A DNA stretch of 64,000 bases, taken from contig CACFVO010000001.1 in NCBI GenBank assembly GCA_902569785.1, forward strand, positions 115,971 through 179,970. Reading direction: 5' to 3'. The notes beneath the pieces were generated by a model. The model searched no databases and was not told where the DNA came from. It saw only the letters and a program-made list of their open reading frames with translations. This document shows positions 58,832 to 64,000 of the stretch, one piece after another. Made by a program: the position numbers and the translations under genes. Numbering within the stretch: position 1 is the stretch's first letter; each line of letters opens with the position of its first letter. The stretch is from an uncultured Pelagibacteraceae bacterium. GTDB taxonomy: Bacteria > Pseudomonadota > Alphaproteobacteria > Pelagibacterales > Pelagibacteraceae.

Positions 58832-59323
58832 ATGAAAAAATTATTCTTATTTTTAATTTGTTTACCAAGTTTTTGTTATGCTGGATCTATGAATATGATC
58901 GGACAAAAGGGAAAAATTTCAGAAGTTGATAGAGTGATAGATATTAAAATGTATGATAATTATTTTACACCAAGTAAATTAGAAATTTCAAAAAACGAAA
59001 CCATAAAATTTGTCGTTCACAATTTAGGAGACTTAGTTCATGAATTTAATATTGCTACAAAAAAAATGCATATTAAGCATCAATCCGAGATGGCTTTGCT
59101 GGTAGAGAAAGAAATCTTATTATCAAATAAAATTGATTATAAAAAAATGAAAGAAGCTTCAAAAAAAGATCATTCCTTAAGTCATTCACATAGTAATAGT
59201 ATTTTATTAGAACCTGGAAAAAAAGGCGATTTAATTTGGAAGTTTAACACAGATACTTATCTAGAAGCGGCTTGCAATATACCTGGGCACTATGAAGCTG
59301 GAATGATAGCGAAAATAAATTAA
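58832..59323 (+). CDS. Periplasmic cupredoxin (CopI/plastocyanin-like)
   Basis: HEF and ACNIPGHYEAGM type-1 copper ligands; His-rich HSHS segment. Confidence 0.88.
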   Translation: MKKLFLFLICLPSFCYAGSMNMIGQKGKISEVDRVIDIKMYDNYFTPSKLEISKNETIKFVVHNLGDLVHEFNIATKKMHIKHQSEMALLVEKEILLSNKIDYKKMKEASKKDHSLSHSHSNSILLEPGKKGDLIWKFNTDTYLEAACNIPGHYEAGMIAKIN

Positions 59324-60030
59324 CTTTTATATTTTTTCATTGAGGAAACCGCTAGAATTAAATTAGGATCTAAAAATGTTTTGGATTTTTTAATTTTTTG
59401 AAATGATTTGAAAGCAAAAACTGCTATTGGTAACTCTGTACATCCTAATATAATTTTTTTACATTTCTTTTTAATCAAATAATTTACAGCAGGTTTTATA
59501 GCTTTTTCAGCTTCTTTTATTTTTCCCATTTTTACTAGTCTTATTGATTTATTTACAAATTTAGTTTGGATAGATTTTATTGGATTTATCAATCTGAACT
59601 TTTTGTTAAAAAATTTACTATAAACTCTAGTTTTAAGTGTTCCCTCAGTAGCTAATAATCCTATTTTAGAATTTTTTTTACATGTTTTTAAAGCATGTTT
59701 ATAAACTTCTTTAGGCATACTTATAATTGGGACTTTAGTTTTTTTTTGCAGATCATCATACCAATAATGAGCAGTATTGCAGGGTATAACGATATAATTG
59801 CATTTATTTTTTTCTAGAAATTTACATCCATTTAAAAGACTTTTTAAAACTTTCTTATATTTATTAAGATTTTTGGGTCGATTAGGAATATTGGATTTAT
59901 TGTATAAAACAAATAATGGATACTTTTGATCATTTTTACCTTTGTATAATTTTGCAAGTTTATTACAAAAATCTAGACCAGCCTGAGTTCCCATGCCGCC
60001 TAAAATTCCGATCATCCTTTTCCACGCCAT
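59320..60030 (-). CDS. Asp/Glu racemase family, candidate cysteate racemase (CuyB-like)
   Basis: IGILGGMG, PCNTAH, LLATEGT, LGCTELP. Confidence 0.8.
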   Translation of the reverse strand: MAWKRMIGILGGMGTQAGLDFCNKLAKLYKGKNDQKYPLFVLYNKSNIPNRPKNLNKYKKVLKSLLNGCKFLEKNKCNYIVIPCNTAHYWYDDLQKKTKVPIISMPKEVYKHALKTCKKNSKIGLLATEGTLKTRVYSKFFNKKFRLINPIKSIQTKFVNKSIRLVKMGKIKEAEKAIKPAVNYLIKKKCKKIILGCTELPIAVFAFKSFQKIKKSKTFLDPNLILAVSSMKKYKS

Positions 60031-61922
60031 GGAATTGTTTTGTCGATTATTTTTCTTATAGTGATATCAAAAATTAACCCAAGCATTCCCATAATAAATA
60101 TTGTTATCCAGATTACTTCATATTGAAAATATTTTTTTGCGACATTTTCAACAAAACCAACCCCAGTAGTACCTGCTAAAAACTCTGCGGCTACCAATGT
60201 TCCCCAACACATTCCAGTTGCCACTCTGATTCCTGTAAGAATCTCTGGTAGTGAATTTGGAAATATTACGTATCTTAAAATTTGCCACTTTGAAGCACCG
60301 AGAGAATGAGCTGCATGAATTTTAGATAATTGTGTTCCTGAAGCACCTGCTCTAGCTGAAATTATCATGATTGATAATGAAACCATAAATAATAAAAAGA
60401 CTTTACCAAGATTATCTATACCCAATACAGATATTACCAAAGGTGCCCAAGCTAAAGGAGGTACCGGTCTGTATAATTCAATTAACGGATCAAAAAATCC
60501 TTTGGCAAATCTATTTAGACCCATAAACAATCCCAAAGGAACACCAACTATTATTCCGGCAACTAATCCTAGAAAAACTCTTAAAAAAGAATCCCAAATA
60601 TGCCCTGTTGGAATGGGTATTTTAAATAACTCAAAGTCTCCAGTTACAAAACTTAAAACTTTACTTTTAAAATTAGGTTTGATTTCTCCTTTTTCATTAT
60701 GAACAGGATATTTTCCAGGCAAAACATCTGCAATCCAATCTGGTAAAATAAAACCAACTATTTTACTGACATCCATCATTTCATACCAAATTAATGGAAT
60801 TTGTTTAAATCCAACATTTGGGTTTAGCATTAAAGCAAATTTGTTAACCGTGTCAGAAGGTTTTGGTAGCCATCTGCCTGATCCTTGTTCAGAACAACTA
60901 GGACCACTAGAAATAATTGTCCCAGATGGAAATAAAAATACGTCGACCCATCTTAATCCACCTTGCTCTTTTTTCTGAGCTTTATCAAAGCTGACTATAG
61001 ATGCTTGCATGTCGTTTAATGTATTAGGTGGAAATATACTCGCGTATTCTATTCTTCTTGCAATTTTAAGAACATCTTTTGCAAAAGACGAGGAAATTTC
61101 TTCAGCAGAACTTAACCCCGATCTGTAATCTTTTATTTCTTTTTTTAGACTTTCAAGTGCAGTCATATATCGTTGATTATGATTACGAAGTTCAAAAAAT
61201 TCATTGCTAATTTTGTTTAATTCAAATGCTGCTGTCTGAAATTTTAAACCCCTTTTTGTTTTTGGTATTGATGGAATTTCAATTGTATTTTCAACTGATG
61301 TACTTGAAGCACTCCAAGTACCTTCTTCTTTTGATGCCTCTATTCTTTTAATCTTATCCTCATCAGACTCATTTGGATAATCGCTTCTAACAAAATCTTT
61401 AGATAAATTATTAATTTTCTCAACTATTATTCTTATTTGTTCTCTAGTTTCATTACTTAAAAGTTTCTCATTTGTTAGTAAAGGTATCGTATTCTTTGTT
61501 TTTATAACAAAATCAATCAATTTATCTTTATCTCTATTACTCACTTTATCTGATTTTTTTATTTCTAGGATTATATTATTTAAATTTTCTGTCTCAGTTT
61601 CAATAACAGATGTACTTTTAAGTTGACGTTCATTGATTGGAAAAAGATATTTTAGTGAGAGTAGAGACTCATTTACTTTTCCAACCTGGCAAAGTTCATT
61701 AGCTGACTTTGGAAAAAAAGATTTAGCTATGTCCCAAGAATAATAGAGCCAAACTAATAGTAAAAAACTACTTCCAACAATTACCCAATGAACACCTCCT
61801 TTTGCCCTTTCGGGATTACCAAAAACAGCATCCACTTTTTCTGTTCTAATTAATTTTCTTCCATATAAGACGCATCCAATAATAGCGAAAAAAAATAAAA
61901 ATGTTAGAAAGGCTGTTATCAT
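60012..61922 (-). CDS. tauC: Taurine/sulfonate ABC permease with large N-terminal extension
   Basis: C-terminal RPVPPLAW, AA.SLGAS..Q....V..P.SLPEILTG.R, WGTLVAAE. Confidence 0.85.
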   Translation of the reverse strand: MITAFLTFLFFFAIIGCVLYGRKLIRTEKVDAVFGNPERAKGGVHWVIVGSSFLLLVWLYYSWDIAKSFFPKSANELCQVGKVNESLLSLKYLFPINERQLKSTSVIETETENLNNIILEIKKSDKVSNRDKDKLIDFVIKTKNTIPLLTNEKLLSNETREQIRIIVEKINNLSKDFVRSDYPNESDEDKIKRIEASKEEGTWSASSTSVENTIEIPSIPKTKRGLKFQTAAFELNKISNEFFELRNHNQRYMTALESLKKEIKDYRSGLSSAEEISSSFAKDVLKIARRIEYASIFPPNTLNDMQASIVSFDKAQKKEQGGLRWVDVFLFPSGTIISSGPSCSEQGSGRWLPKPSDTVNKFALMLNPNVGFKQIPLIWYEMMDVSKIVGFILPDWIADVLPGKYPVHNEKGEIKPNFKSKVLSFVTGDFELFKIPIPTGHIWDSFLRVFLGLVAGIIVGVPLGLFMGLNRFAKGFFDPLIELYRPVPPLAWAPLVISVLGIDNLGKVFLLFMVSLSIMIISARAGASGTQLSKIHAAHSLGASKWQILRYVIFPNSLPEILTGIRVATGMCWGTLVAAEFLAGTTGVGFVENVAKKYFQYEVIWITIFIMGMLGLIFDITIRKIIDKTIPWRGKG

Positions 61923-62720
61923 TTAATTCTCTTTTCCCATAATTTCTTCTTCCATATTCCAAATCATTGAGAGTATTTCTTCTCTTTTAGAAACAAATTC
62001 TTTATTATTCTTGATTTCTCTTAAATCTTCCTTAAGTCCCATAGCAGCAAAAGGTAATTTATATTCTTTATGAATCCTTCCTGGTCTAGGCGCCATCACA
62101 TAAACTTTTTCTCCAAGCAATAGAGCCTCCTCAACAGAATGGGTTATAAGAATAATTGTTTTTCCTGTCTCTTTCCAAATTTTAAGAACTAAAGATTGCA
62201 TCTTTTCTCTGGTCAGAGCATCTAGAGCTCCTAAAGGCTCATCCATTAAAATTAAATCTGGGTCATTTATTAAACATCTGGCCAAAGCTACTCTTTGTTG
62301 CATACCACCAGATAATTGATATGTAGGAGTATTTCCAAAACCTTGTAATCCAACTATATCTAACCACTCATCTACTTTTTTTTTAGTTTCAATTAGATCT
62401 TTATCTTTCATTCTTAATCCAAAATTTACATTTTCAGCGACAGTTAACCATTCAAACAAAGCTCCTTGTTGAAACACCATTCCTCTATCAACACCAGGAC
62501 CGTTAACTTCTTTATCTCCAAGGATAATTGTTCCCGATGTTGGTCGAATAAATCCAGCTGCAATATTTAACAAAGTTGTTTTTCCGCAACCAGAAGGACC
62601 CAGCACTGTAAGTAGTTGTCCTTTTTTTATAGTAAAGTTTAAATCCTTTAGGGCGTGTACCGTTTCTCCTTTTGGAGTCTTAAAAATCATATTTAGATTT
62701 TTTGAAATTAGATCGCTCAT
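61923..62720 (-). CDS. tauB: Taurine ABC transporter ATPase
   Basis: GPSGCGKTT, LSGGMQQRV, LMDEPLGALDALTRE, ITHSVEEA. Confidence 0.9.
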   Translation of the reverse strand: MSDLISKNLNMIFKTPKGETVHALKDLNFTIKKGQLLTVLGPSGCGKTTLLNIAAGFIRPTSGTIILGDKEVNGPGVDRGMVFQQGALFEWLTVAENVNFGLRMKDKDLIETKKKVDEWLDIVGLQGFGNTPTYQLSGGMQQRVALARCLINDPDLILMDEPLGALDALTREKMQSLVLKIWKETGKTIILITHSVEEALLLGEKVYVMAPRPGRIHKEYKLPFAAMGLKEDLREIKNNKEFVSKREEILSMIWNMEEEIMGKEN

Positions 62721-62746
62721 AAAATAACTTTATTAGATACTTTCTT

Positions 62747-62783
62747 AAAAAAATAGGCACCAATTGATTTAATTGGTGCCTAT
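62747..62783 (-). terminator. Hairpin plus U-tract after tauA
   Basis: ATAGGCACCAATT/AATTGGTGCCTAT inverted repeat followed by T run on the minus strand. Confidence 0.75.
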
Positions 62784-62800
62784 AATTTTATCGTCAAGAA

Positions 62801-63739
62801 CTACGGTAAAAACTTAGTAGTTACAGTACCTCTTGGAGTGTCAAATCCTTTTAAAAATTTAGCAAGATTTCCACTCTTCATAGATTTTTTTGTTTCTTTT
62901 GGAGTTAAGAATTTAAAGCCACTTAAAGTTTCTTTCATATCAGCAACTTTCATTTCTGACTCTTTAGCCATAGCTTTTAAATCACTTTTTCCATTTCTAT
63001 ATCTTTCGTTAGCTTCGTGAGATAATTCTACGAAAGATTTTACCATTCCTGGATTTTCTTTCATAAATTTATTTGTAACTGAAACGATATCTATACCCAT
63101 AATACCACCAGCTCTTGCTTCATCTACTGTTAAAAGTCTTTTTCCAACAGAAGTAGCAGATTTAATAGAGTTACCCCCAAACAAACATGCCATTACAACA
63201 TCACCACTGACTAAAGCAGCTGCTCCTTCTTCAGGATCCATTGCAATGATATTCATTTTTTTTCTGTCAGCACCAACAATCTTCATACTTTCTGTAAATA
63301 CATATTCAGCCATAGTTCCAAGCGGAACAGCAACTTTTTTACCTTCAAGTTCTGAAGCATTAGCTTTAGTAATACCAGATTTATTAGAAGTAACACATGT
63401 TGTTCCTCCCATGCCGTATTCCATAGCAACGTCTACTAAACTAATAGGCGCTTTAGCTTTTACAGCATTTATGTATGGCATTAAGCCTTGTGAGTAAGAA
63501 ATATCTATATCTCCTGCTAACATTGCATCTGTCATAGCAACACCGTTAGTAAAATTAGTCCATTTTACTGGCACACCTAGTGCTTTAGCGTATGCCTTTT
63601 TATTCATGTCCTCAAGATTTGGAGACGGCCACTCCAGAAAGTACGCTACTCTAACTTCTTTAGCAGCTGCGTTAGCTACTGAAGCATTTAAAGAAAACGC
63701 AAATAAAATCCCAAGAACTGTGCTTATTATTTTTTTCAT
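62801..63739 (-). CDS. tauA: Taurine ABC transporter substrate-binding protein
   Basis: Signal peptide; VAYFLEWP.PN, W..F..G..M..AM.AGD.DI.YSQG, GKKVAVP.GT. Confidence 0.85.
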   Translation of the reverse strand: MKKIISTVLGILFAFSLNASVANAAAKEVRVAYFLEWPSPNLEDMNKKAYAKALGVPVKWTNFTNGVAMTDAMLAGDIDISYSQGLMPYINAVKAKAPISLVDVAMEYGMGGTTCVTSNKSGITKANASELEGKKVAVPLGTMAEYVFTESMKIVGADRKKMNIIAMDPEEGAAALVSGDVVMACLFGGNSIKSATSVGKRLLTVDEARAGGIMGIDIVSVTNKFMKENPGMVKSFVELSHEANERYRNGKSDLKAMAKESEMKVADMKETLSGFKFLTPKETKKSMKSGNLAKFLKGFDTPRGTVTTKFLP

Positions 63740-63888
63740 AGTTCTCCCATATGGTTTGTTAATTAATAGGATTAAAAATTAAAAAATTAGTTAAGTAAAT
63801 AGTAAGCTTGTCTTTTTTTATACATACCTACTTTTCAACCCCCGTCTATTATCAGATCAACAGTGTTCTTTTTAGGTTCAATCAGTGG

Positions 63889-63898
63889 TTGTATACAA
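63889..63898. promoter_or_regulatory. GntR-like palindromic operator candidate
   Basis: Perfect palindrome TTGTATACAA in the divergent tauA/aminotransferase intergenic region. Confidence 0.3.
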
Positions 63899-63939
63899 TA
63901 ATTCTTGATTTAATTTAACAAACGTCTACTAATTTAATT

Positions 63940-64000
63940 ATGAGCTCATCCAACCGAACAAACATACCAAATTCTTTAAATGAGCACTGGATGCCATTTA
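63940..64000 (+). CDS. Class-III omega-amino acid:pyruvate aminotransferase, N-terminus only
   Basis: MSSSNRTNIPNSLNEHWMPF; HWMPF is the typical start of beta-alanine/omega-amino acid transaminases; runs off window. Confidence 0.65.
   Translation, partial: MSSSNRTNIPNSLNEHWMPF

Noticed and set aside
3477-63497. Numerous short antisense or alternate-frame ORFs in the track (e.g. 13911-14222, 24221-24547, 48735-49088, 55774-56235, 60367-60702)
   Set aside because: Fully nested in well-supported genes, with no motifs or SDs; typical shadow ORFs.
1-64000. CRISPR array, IS element, integrase or prophage
   Set aside because: No regularly spaced repeats, transposase, integrase or phage structural genes were recognised.

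Overview
Very AT-rich, gene-dense bacterial DNA. Gene content (tandem amt, aprMBA without a visible sat, xsc, suyAB, hpsN, tauABC, acuI, CADD) and minimal intergenic spacing indicate a streamlined marine alphaproteobacterium, most likely SAR11/Pelagibacterales. Layout: (i) 1-10 kb light/oxidative-stress block (TspO, MsrA, two unusual photolyases, DUF2256/393/2237, folE); (ii) 10-26 kb core genes (acuI, VtlR/LsrB-like LysR, rseP, HU, two amt paralogues, recX, cysQ, mnmA, metC, MFS, CADD); (iii) 29-64 kb organosulfonate catabolism island (taurine, isethionate, DHPS, sulfolactate, cysteate to sulfite, then AprMBA/TauE), interrupted by more AT-rich-looking surface-modification cassettes (DUF4956-CotH-VTC; SGNH-SxtJ-SxtK-carbamoyltransferase; GNAT/DUF2334). 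No tRNA, rRNA, CRISPR or mobile element was recognised. Best leads: a minimal Sat-like nucleotidyltransferase beside aprMBA, a five-hairpin GNRA-rich orphan ncRNA after mnmA, conserved anti-Shine-Dalgarno hairpins in both amt 3' UTRs, the VTC-DUF4956-CotH triad, and a 27-aa ultrabasic microprotein missed by the ORF track. All family calls are from recalled motifs; no database search was run.
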